From assembly GCF_001194135.2 (NCBI RefSeq), contig NC_068983.1:110465128-110498881 (forward strand): a DNA stretch of 33,754 nt. Reading direction: 5' to 3'. This DNA comes from Octopus bimaculoides (lineage: Eukaryota). The position numbers were made by a program, and so were the translations under genes. The notes below the pieces were generated by a model. The model saw only the letters and a list, made by a program, of their open reading frames with translations. It made no database searches and was not told where the DNA came from. Below, one piece after another: positions 25,710-33,754 of the stretch. Within the stretch, counting starts at the first letter, position 1, and each line of letters starts with the position of its first letter.

Positions 25710-25753
<44 letters not shown>

Positions 25754-26216
25754 CATCATTATTATTATTATTATTCAGGTTACTGCCTAGAAACGAGCCC
25801 GCGCTCTTAACCACTGCTGAAATTCTTTCCTAAGATCAGACGCGCTCCAAAGTTACTCATTCAGACATAAAGGATGTCATTTGGTTTGTTGATACTTCTT
25901 TCAATACTTCAACATGCATAGTGGAGTTAAAGAAAGTTGTCTGTTGCCCAACTTCTTCGCCATCATGCTGAAGCTTGTTTTTGGATCTTTAACTGATGGT
26001 GTTGACGGGAACAAAATTTAAACGAAAAACTGCTTAACTTGTCACGATAGAGAGAAAAAAACAAATTAATCGAATTACATATCAGGACCATGTTGATTTC
26101 AGATTATGAAGCACTGACAACACTAACACAGGAGAAACGGCAATACCTCATGTGTTCGGCTTGACAGTGACTGCAGAAATCAAATGTGTTGCGTCAATGA
26201 TGTGAGCACTTTGCTT

Positions 26217-26217
26217 A

Positions 26218-26302
<85 letters not shown>
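26217..26302. repeat. (ATT)n microsatellite, 3' flank of Dong-like element 1
   Basis: Directly visible. Confidence 0.97.
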
Positions 26303-26305
<3 letters not shown>

Positions 26306-27805
26306 TAGTTTTATTTTTATAACGTGCTTTCACTTCACTACCGAGCGCAGCTGTGATGCTCTTATAGTTACTGTATTGAAAGTGTTTTGCGTAGGATGTG
26401 TGCAGTGCCCAGTAGTGCACTTTTCTGCATGTTATATGAACTTGTAAGTCCTGGTGTTTTTGTTATGTATTTGTCTGAATACTTTTTTATCAAACCTAAT
26501 GCGCCTACTATGATAGGAATTGTTTCTGATTTTAGATTCCACATTCGAGTTATCTCTATTTCCAGGTCTTTGTATTTTGAAAGTTTCTCCATTTCTTTTA
26601 GAGAAACGTGGTAATCTGCTGGTATTGATACATCAATTAGAAAGCATTTTCTCTTCATAATTTCTGACAACTATATCTGGCCTATTGGCCTTAATTTCTC
26701 TATCTGTGCGTATTGGCATATCCCAGAGTATAGTTGCTTCTCATTTTCTGTGACCTTTTCTGGCGTGTGCCTATACACTTTTTTTCTGTTGTTATTCCAT
26801 AGTGTTGGCATAGCTTCCAGTGTTTGTAGGTCCTAGCTCTGTCGTGCCTTTGAATATATTCCTTCATAGCCAGGAATGGGCAGCCAGAGATAATATGATT
26901 TATTGCTTCTTGTCCATCTCCACATATTCTGCAGTTACTTGTTATGCTTCTTTTCATTATATGCTTTTGGTAATTTCTGTGGAGTGGCTTTGGTCTTGAG
27001 CAGCATTTAAAAATCCTTCAGTCTCTGCTTTGAGTCCTGAGCTTCTCAACCTTTGCTAGGGTCTTTCTCTGTCTATNNNNNNNNNNNNNNNNNNNNNNNN
27101 NNNNNNNNNNNNNNNNNNNNNNNNNNNNNNNNNNNNNNNNGTCCAGTTAAGGATATTGTAGCTGTAGCATAAACTGGGACGGCTAAAGTTTTAATACCTA
27201 TTATCTTGTTTTTAGCATTGAGCTCTGTTTTCAGTATTGATCTAACTTGTCTATAGTATTCTTTCTTTACTTTCTCTTTCATTTGTGTGTATTGTATCTT
27301 ATCTTGTTCATTGATTCCTAAATATTTGTATATATGGCTTTGGTCTAATTCTCTTATTTCATTGGCTTTATCTAGTGTGATGTTGCTACTCTTAACTAGT
27401 TTTTCTCTTTTCAGGGTTGCTGTGGTACATTTTTCTAATCCAAATTTCATATCTATTTCTTTGGTAAATCCATGTACGGACTGTAAAAATATTTCCAGTT
27501 GTTTATTATTTGTAGCGTATAGTTTTAGGTCATCCATATATAAAAGGTGGCTGATTGTTTTGCTGGAACATTTGTGTCCGCATCCAGTTCTATTTAGCAT
27601 GTCAGATAAATGTGTCACTTCCAAGCAGAAAAGGAGTGGAGAGAGCGTGTCTCCTTGGAACATTCCTCTTCCAATGTAAATGGATTTGGTTTTCACGAAT
27701 CCCCATTTTGTTTGGAGCTGTAGCACTGTCTGCCATTTATTCATAGAGTGTCTTATGTATTTTATAATTATTGGTGCTACTTTGTTTATGGATAGTGTTT
27801 CGAGG
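26303..27805 (-). mobile_element. R4/Dong-clade non-LTR retrotransposon copy 1 (RT, CCHC, REL endonuclease), 5'-truncated
   Basis: RGMFQGDTLSPLLF, HLLYMDDLKLYA, YKYLGI (RT); CRICGDGQEAINHIISGC (zinc knuckle); FLIDVSIP.D....KEMEKLSKYKDL..IPIIVGALG (restriction-like EN). Stop at 26368, short 3' UTR, (AAT)n on both sides. Confidence 0.93.
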
Positions 27806-27862
<57 letters not shown>

Positions 27863-27901
27863 GTTATTATTATTATTATTATTACTATTATTATTATTAT
27901 T
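27806..27901. repeat. (ATT)n microsatellite between the two Dong-like elements
   Basis: Directly visible. Confidence 0.97.
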
Positions 27902-29040
27902 GACTTTGCGCAGCTTCTAACGCTGGAGATGTACTACAGTCTCAGCTGTTCACTACCAGTGAACTAAGGTAACACCTCTTATTTTTCGAGCACCTTCCGG
28001 AGTATTCGAGCGGTTACTTGCGGTACTGTTTTCTGCAAGTGAACCACCTCTATTGTAGCTCCTATTTTTCCACGTACTTCTTGAGATTTTTTGCTCACTG
28101 TTCCCAGGGCTCCGACAATTATTCGTACTACTGCCACCTTTTTCATCGACTACAACTCCCTAACCTCACAAGCTAACCTGTCATATCTTTCAACCTTTCT
28201 TTCTTCCTTATCGCATACGTTGTTGTCTGCTGGGCATGCTATATCTCTGATCTAGCATAGTTTGGTTTCTTTCTCATTTAAGACTATGTCTGGATTCCTA
28301 TTCTCTATCTCATGGTCCCACTGAATCATAAAATCCCATAGGATCTTTGCATTTCTATTTTTGACGATGACTTCAGGTTTGTGGTCGTACTAATTCTTTG
28401 CTTTGTCAAGTCCATATTTGTTGCAGAGGGTCCAATGGACAAGCCTGGCTATATCATCGTGGCATCTCTTGTATTCCTTCTGGGCTTATGGCGTACATTG
28501 GCTGGTAATATGCCATACGGTTTCACTGTTTTGTCCACACATTCTGCACTTATCACTTTCTGTTGTGTTGTCTATTCTGTATTGTATGTAGTTTGTTCTT
28601 AGTGCTTGCTCTTGGGCAGCACAGATTAGAACTTCCGTTTCAAATCACTTTAGTCATCCATATTCATCTTTTTTCTCTGTCTCTCTTATCTTCAACATCC
28701 CTATGGCATTGACCATGCATTCTTTTCTTTACCCACCTATATTCAGTTTCATTCGCCTTCAATTTCTTGTATAGTGCTTTAACTTTGCAATCTTTCATCC
28801 TACACCAGCATGACCTTCCTACTGCTAATAATAGCAGTTTTGTGGCATATTTTTATATACCATGCTGTGTTGTTTTCCTCTGCTCTAGTGCTGTGTTCGC
28901 ATCCAATAAGCCCTCTTCGCCCTCTTTTTCATGGTACATACAGTCTGTCTGTGTCACTAATTGGGTGGAGCGACCCATATCTAGTGAGCAACTTCCTGGT
29001 TTTTCTGTCTAAGCTGTTTAGTTCGTCTAATTGACCATGC
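27902..29040 (-). mobile_element. R4/Dong-clade non-LTR retrotransposon copy 2 (different subfamily), degenerate, 5' end lost in gap
   Basis: LDRKTRKLL...LHP.SDTDRLYVP; ETEVLICAAQEQALRTNY; CRMCGQNSETVWHITSQC; KILWDFMIQ.DHEIENRNPDIV; IIVGALGTVSK; TARILRKVLEK* (stop at 27979). 3' UTR differs from copy 1. Confidence 0.92.
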
Positions 29041-29984
29041 NNNNNNNNNNNNNNNNNNNNNNNNNNNNNNNNNNNNNNNNNNNNNNNNNNNNNNNNNNNN
29101 NNNNNNNNNNNNNNNNNNNNNNNNNNNNNNNNNNNNNNNNNNNNNNNNNNNNNNNNNNNNNNNNNNNNNNNNNNNNNNNNNNNNNNNNNNNNNNNNNNNN
29201 NNNNNNNNNNNNNNNNNNNNNNNNNNNNNNNNNNNNNNNNNNNNNNNNNNNNNNNNNNNNNNNNNNNNNNNNNNNNNNNNNNNNNNNNNNNNNNNNNNNN
29301 NNNNNNNNNNNNNNNNNNNNNNNNNNNNNNNNNNNNNNNNNNNNNNNNNNNNNNNNNNNNNNNNNNNNNNNNNNNNNNNNNNNNNNNNNNNNNNNNNNNN
29401 NNNNNNNNNNNNNNNNNNNNNNNNNNNNNNNNNNNNNNNNNNNNNNNNNNNNNNNNNNNNNNNNNNNNNNNNNNNNNNNNNNNNNNNNNNNNNNNNNNNN
29501 NNNNNNNNNNNNNNNNNNNNNNNNNNATATATATATATATATATATATATACATTTATCCGTTTATAAATATGCATTCACGTGTATATTTCTTCGCAACT
29601 GATGCTTCTATCTCTAAGTGCTTTCATATAATTTATCACCTAGAAATGATTTTGCTAAATAACACCAACATTTTCTCATTGAAAGCAAAAGACAAATAAA
29701 AAAGCAAAAATGATCGTAGCTGTCACTAACATTGAATATCACAAAGTTTGCACTGATGACCCTTACTGACTTGGGAATAAAGTGCAACTTATCGTGGTCG
29801 GTGACTGGACATTTGTAATAACCTACTTTCTTTCTCGGTAAAAAGAAGTACAGTTCTAAAGTAATTTTTGATGCACTTTTACTGAATTTATGAACGGTTA
29901 CCAGAGCCTGGAACTCTTTTGATTATTGGCATTTCATTCAGAATTGAACTGGGTTAAGCAACAACAATAATATTTTACAAACAC

Positions 29985-30085
29985 TCACACACACACACAC
30001 ACACGCACGCACACACATACACTCACATACATCCATATCCATACACACACGTACACAAACACATACATAGGCACATAAACACACA
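29985..30085. repeat. Degenerate (CA)n microsatellite
   Basis: Directly visible. Confidence 0.9.
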
Positions 30086-30414
30086 CTTTTTTAGCAATGC
30101 GCTTGTGTTAGTGAGGGAAACTTATTACTATGAACAAAGTAAAATAATTCACAACATTTAATAGATTACATATTAGTTCCTCAATCATTCACATCCGTGG
30201 TTTGTTTCACGATCCCACTTCAGTCTTCTGATGAGGACTGAAATCATCTCATGGTGTGAGCATAAAACCAAAGATTATCATTATGGACGTATTTCACCCG
30301 TCTCTACTATTATTGTTTAATACAGCTTAGACTTCACTACCCACTACTATCCGTCCGAAGAACACATGAGATGAACATTTTGAAGACTCCAGCATAATAA
30401 TAGAGGACAAATCC

Positions 30415-30595
30415 CATTCACCTACTTTGATAATATTAGCCAGCAGTTTTGACAGAGTGGTAAGTTGATTACCTTCACCCATTCCGAAAGGATGAACATC
30501 GATTTCGGCAGAATCTGAACTCAGGATGTAAAGTCGGACAAAATGCTGCTTAGCATTTTGCCCGGCGTACTCACGATTCTGTTAGCTCACCACTT
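30415..30595 (-). mobile_element. SINE family A copy
   Basis: Minus strand aagtggtgagctaacagaatcgtgagtacgccgggcaaaatgctaagcagc...catcctgagttcagattctgccgaaatcgatg..catcctttcgg. Confidence 0.8.
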
Positions 30596-30920
30596 TATTT
30601 AAATTGATAATATTGGCAAGATACACAATATGAATTTGAAAACCTGCCAAGAAAACCTGATGGACAACATTGATTCCTGAAATAAAAATTTAGTATGTGA
30701 AGTAGTCCGGTTTACTGAACTACGGTTGTTGTGTTGGGATCATATTTATGCTGCTGCCACAGTTCTATTTTTGAAATTTTGCTCCACTTGTTTTCAAATT
30801 TGGTGCACTGATATAGATTTGTTTGCTAATTATGGAAAGTAAATTGATTTTGTTATAAATTAGTAAATAAAAGTTAATAGGTTTTTAATTTTTCGTGATT
30901 TTAGCGAATCGAGAGCCTAA

Positions 30921-30976
30921 TTTGTTACTATGGAAACAGGCACAGGCACACTGGTGCCTGTTTCCATAGAAACAAA
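30921..30976. promoter_or_regulatory. 23-bp-arm hairpin made of two RFX/X-box consensus matches
   Basis: Arms tttgttactatggaaacaggcac and gtgcctgtttccatagaaacaaa (1 mismatch). GTTACTATGGAAAC (30924-30937) and GTTTCCATAGAAAC (30960-30973) both fit RTHNYYWTRRNRAC. The hairpin is certain; function is not shown. Confidence 0.4.
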
Positions 30977-31274
30977 CTAGGCAGTTATCAGCTACGAGTA
31001 TTTTCTTTGCCTGTCTATTTCGTTTGACGTGCACCTATTTTCTGAATGTTTGTATTACCATATTTTTGTCATTTTCACCTGTGTGTTTTTTTAGAAACAA
31101 GATATTTTCACTTGCTGTCCTCACCTCCCATTCATAATTTTGAAATGTGTATTTTTCTGTTTCTTTTCGAACTGAATAGGAGTATGATCGCAGCCAACTC
31201 GTTTAACCTTTTCAGTATGATGGAGAAATTGAACACCGAGGAGGATGCGCTTTCTTACTTGCAAGAGAATGGTG

Positions 31275-32051
31275 GGATCTTTTTTTAAAACGGGGGCCAC
31301 ATTTTTCATTAATGTTTTACGTAGTGTTTTTGGTGCCGAAAGACTTTCAAACTTCGTATACTTATCTATTTTGTGTTATAGAACAGAAAAATATTTTTGT
31401 ATTCGAATTTATTTCATGTAAAAAATTGTCTTATTTCGATAATTTCAACCAATCACTGACGTCCATTCAGTCGATATACATTAAGTGCCGACTACATAAA
31501 CAAACGATTCTTCGTTTTATTTGCTTTTTTCATTTTAAATTTGCTTTAACCCTAACCCTAACCCTAACCCTAGGGTTAGGGTTAGAGTTAGAGTTAGGGT
31601 TAGGGTTAGGATTAATTGTTTCAGAANNNNNNNNNNNNNNNNNNNNNNNNNNNNNNNNNNNNNNNNNNNNNNNNNNNNNNNNNNNNNNNNNNNNNNNNNN
31701 NNNNNNNNNNNNNNNNNNNNNNNNNNNNNNNNNNNNNNNNNNNNNNNNNNNNNNNNNNNNNNNNNNNNNNNNNNNNNNNNNNNNNNNNNNNNNNNNNNNN
31801 NNNNNNNNNNNNNNNNNNNNNNNNNNNNNNNNNNNNNNNNNNNNNNNNNNNNNNNNNNNNNNNNNNNNNNNNNNNNNNNNNNNNNNNNNNNNNNNNNNNN
31901 NNNNNNNNNNNNNNNGGAATAATTTATGGATTTCTTTTTTTTTAAAGAAGACTAAGAGAAAAAGATGTTTTATATGACACATTCTACCAGTGTTCCAAGT
32001 TTCAAAGTGTTTCGTTAATGAAAAATGTGGCCCCCGTTTTAAAAAAGATCC
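31275..32051. mobile_element. Merlin-type MITE with about 38-bp TIRs and 8-bp TSD
   Basis: TIRs ggatctttttttaaaacgggggccacatttttcattaa and ttaatgaaaaatgtggcccccgttttaaaaaagatcc. TSD GAATGGTG at 31267-31274 and 32052-32059. 5'-GG termini with an 8-bp TSD are Merlin hallmarks. Confidence 0.92.
31547..31610. repeat. Inverted telomere-type repeats (TAACCC)4 / (TTAGGG-like)n
   Basis: taaccctaaccctaaccctaaccc-tagggttagggttagagttagagttagggttagggttagg; palindromic about ccc|ta|ggg. Confidence 0.95.
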
Positions 32052-32433
32052 GAATGGTGTTACCCTTGGAAGAAATTTATGTACAAAGAGACATTGTATG
32101 AAGAAGACATTTCGCGGAAAAATTTACGGTTAGTACTCACGAAGAGGATGCAACGAGTGTGTGTCGTTTGGAAAGTGGTTTCCTTCCTCTTACGACTGCA
32201 CTGTTTTCCCTTTGCTCATGATACAAACAATTTCAGTCCAGTTTTGTGTTGAAGAATTGGGGATGAACCACTTCACAGCTATTGATTACAGCAGCTATGT
32301 TCGTGAAATATGTGCGAAGGACCTGCTGCGCAACCTCATTCAGGTTGGCGGTCTTTGAAGAGTGGTGAGATAGATGTCATTTGCTAGGGTCATCGCTGCA
32401 GGTTTTCTATAGAAATTGTAGCCAGTACTGATT

Positions 32434-32534
32434 TTATGCATTATTTACATTATTTACATTTGAGGGATATTTGTCTTGGGTGTCTTGGGTGAAATTTCGA
32501 AGCTGGGTTCTCATTCCTAAGATATTTTCCGATG

Positions 32535-32599
<65 letters not shown>

Positions 32600-32690
32600 T
32601 TATGTTTGACTTTTGTTTTGCATTTGTACAAGTTGGATCCAAGTCTCACCCAGAGACCTCAAGAGACAACAAGTTAGAAGTTCATGTAGG

Positions 32691-32742
<52 letters not shown>

Positions 32743-32850
32743 ATTATTATTATTATTATTATTATTACTATTATTCAAGTCACTGCATGGAATCGAACTG
32801 GTAATCTTAGCATTAGTAGCTCGCGCTCTTAATCACTACGCCATATACCC
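32434..32850 (-). mobile_element. tRNA-headed short element (copy 2), ribozyme core deleted, insert within its (AAT)n tract
   Basis: Head gggtatatggcgtagtgattaagagcgcg...gttcgattcc (A and B boxes) at 32850-32777, then (AAT)n, spacer homologous to 24962-25030, and tgtaaataa tail. About 60 bp spanning the hammerhead core of copy 1 is missing. Confidence 0.85.
32600..32693 (-). mobile_element. Short insert between two (ATT)n runs, possibly a Dong-like LINE 3' UTR fragment
   Basis: Non-repetitive 94 bp ending (minus) ...caaaagtcaaacataaAATAATAAT, the same junction geometry as the Dong-like 3' ends at 26303 and 27902. No direct sequence match inside this window. Confidence 0.4.
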
Positions 32851-33019
32851 GTGGGCAAACGTTGTTTGTAAATAATGTAAATAATGTAAATAATGTAAAT
32901 AATGTACATAATTCCTCATCTCTTAAATATAGAAATGTAGTACTGATTTTGTTATGACGTTTCGTATCTGAGATATCAGATGTAAACAAACAGTGAGATC
33001 GAAGATTAAAAAAATAGGT

Positions 33020-33073
33020 GATGGGCGTATATGCCATATTTCGGGAGTTTTTCCTCCTTCATCAGCATGCATC
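33020..33073 (-). ncRNA. Minimal type I hammerhead ribozyme, catalytic core intact
   Basis: Minus strand gatgcatg-CTGATGA-aggag-gaaaaa-ctccc-GAAA-tat-ggc-ata-T-A-cgcccatc: full core, stem II GGAG/CTCC, short near-palindromic stem III, AUA triplet, stem I gatg..tg/cg..catc. Confidence 0.78.
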
Positions 33074-33754
33074 TAACTACAAGATTCCGATTCTTATTTT
33101 TCGTTATTCTAGAAGAGAAAATTATGGAGTAATGGTTTTCCGTAATATACCTTATGTGTTGACAATTAGTTGTCATCTCTCATAATCTAATATAATTCAA
33201 ATAACTAAGATTGCTGTATTTTCATTACACGATATTTAACGAAATGCAAATCATGAATATGCGTTATCGATTTTCAAACCATCGAATATCATGAGTTTGA
33301 GTAATATTCCAAAATCTGAGAACTGCCTCTTGTGCTCAAGTATTCAGATTACTCCCACTGAATTTATTCAATGCATGCGAATAAAATGTTCCCCAACAAG
33401 ATGATAATATTTAAAATTTCGCACAATACTTCTTTTGCTAATCCAAATAAAATTCAAATCAAGCTTCGCATTCTTAGAGCTTTAACGAACCCATCAAAAC
33501 AAAATGAAAACAAAACTAAATACAGTTTTCAGGAAGAAAAGCAAAACCAGAAGGATAGATATACTTATAGAGAGAAAAGTAAAACATTAGGAAGGGAAAA
33601 ATATTCTCTTTGCCAAAAAGGAATAAAAGAAATTCTTCCCAACAATTTCAATGCCTCGTTAAGTCAGAAAACATTATCAACAAATACATTAAATAAAATT
33701 AGGTAATTTTCAAATGCTTGGCAAAGTATAGTACCTTGATATAAGAGGTTATTT

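Larger units (their letters stand above)
25041..25710. repeat. 299-bp tandem unit (1.4 copies) plus inverted copy, each containing a tRNA-like sequence
   Basis: ttgtaagaacagaaataaat... recurs at 25041 and 25340. 25465-25710 is the reverse complement of the unit. Confidence 0.92.
24881..25815 (-). mobile_element. tRNA-headed, hammerhead-bearing short element (copy 1), split by the tRNA-Thr repeat insertion
   Basis: 24881-25030 aligns with 32441-32550 and 25775-25815 aligns with the tRNA-like head at 32777-32835. Minus-strand order: tRNA-like head, (AAT)n, spacer, hammerhead motif, tgtaaataa tail. Confidence 0.8.
23430..26215 (+). mobile_element. RTE-clade LINE (APE endonuclease + RT), degenerate, interrupted at 24881-25815
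   Basis: LNVQTL, KLVGVYIPTL and LLFGDFNDRG (APE); PTTEELCKAIDCLTAG, CWKEG and TKGFD before the interruption; after it K(I)..PKL, GVKESCLLP and FGLTV (RT). A 5' UTR may extend to about 23020. Confidence 0.85.
31184..32390 (+). pseudogene. Merlin-family transposase pseudogene, interrupted by a MITE at 31275-32051
   Basis: MIAANSFNLFSMMEKLNTEEDALSYLQENG | (MITE and one TSD removed, same frame) VTLGRNLCTKRHC...EELGMNHFTAIDYSSYVREICAKDLLRNLIQVGGL*RVV, matching the Merlin motif T.VDW..FCREVC......IGG.G..VEIDES. In-frame stops present. Confidence 0.8.
30737..32395 (+). mobile_element. Merlin (IS1016/ISXO2-related) DNA transposon remnant, right end missing
   Basis: Transposase remnant (see pseudogene feature). 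Candidate left TIR ggatcatatttatgctgctgccacagttc at 30737 resembles the TIR of the nested MITE (ggatc...gccaca). No right TIR found. Confidence 0.65.

Noticed and set aside
25041-25710. CRISPR-like or functional tRNA array
   Set aside because: Eukaryotic context with 299-bp units and no repeat-spacer pattern. The tRNA-like copies have disrupted anticodon stems and G33, so they are not called functional.
29745-29790. ttgcaCTGATGAccc...ggg...gtgcaa, hammerhead- or C/D-box-like
   Set aside because: No GAAA/stem III/NUH module and no D box; likely chance.
30228-30376. CTGATGA-GGAC ... GTCC-GAAG, a hammerhead-like core with a potential stem II, plus a tcatctcatg/catgagatga inverted repeat
   Set aside because: Stem II would need a loop of about 115 nt, GAAA is imperfect, and no convincing stems I/III were found. 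The CTGATGA also sits in the loop of a competing local hairpin.
31547-31610. Chromosome end-to-end fusion scar
   Set aside because: The repeat polarity is opposite to a fusion signature, and the repeats lie inside a TIR/TSD-bounded MITE.
33371-33706. 111-aa K/N-rich plus-strand ORF as a host gene or PLE N-terminus
   Set aside because: No recognisable motif; the composition is explained by A-rich sequence. Left unassigned.

Overview
AT-rich, microsatellite-dense animal genomic DNA with several N gaps. The SINE families, (CA/TA/ATT)n density and TTAGGG repeats suggest a cephalopod (octopus-like) genome; this is an inference. No host protein-coding exon could be supported, and most listed ORFs are microsatellite or gap artefacts. 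The window is a layered transposon graveyard: at least four Penelope-like element (PLE) fragments of two lineages, two RTE-clade LINEs, a CR1/L2-like LINE, two R4/Dong-clade LINEs stacked in one (AAT)n tract, a Tc1 transposase remnant, a Merlin transposase pseudogene split by a Merlin-type MITE, and two common tRNA-derived SINE families. Most notable: (1) a tRNA-headed short element carrying a hammerhead ribozyme motif and an (AAT)n tract, in two copies, one with a PLE-like inverted 3' duplication; (2) a core-intact minimal hammerhead at 33020-33073; (3) a 299-bp tRNA-Thr-like tandem/inverted repeat nested in the ribozyme element; (4) a Merlin MITE with a fold-back telomeric (TAACCC)n/(TTAGGG)n core; (5) a hairpin of two RFX X-box matches upstream of the Merlin transposase.
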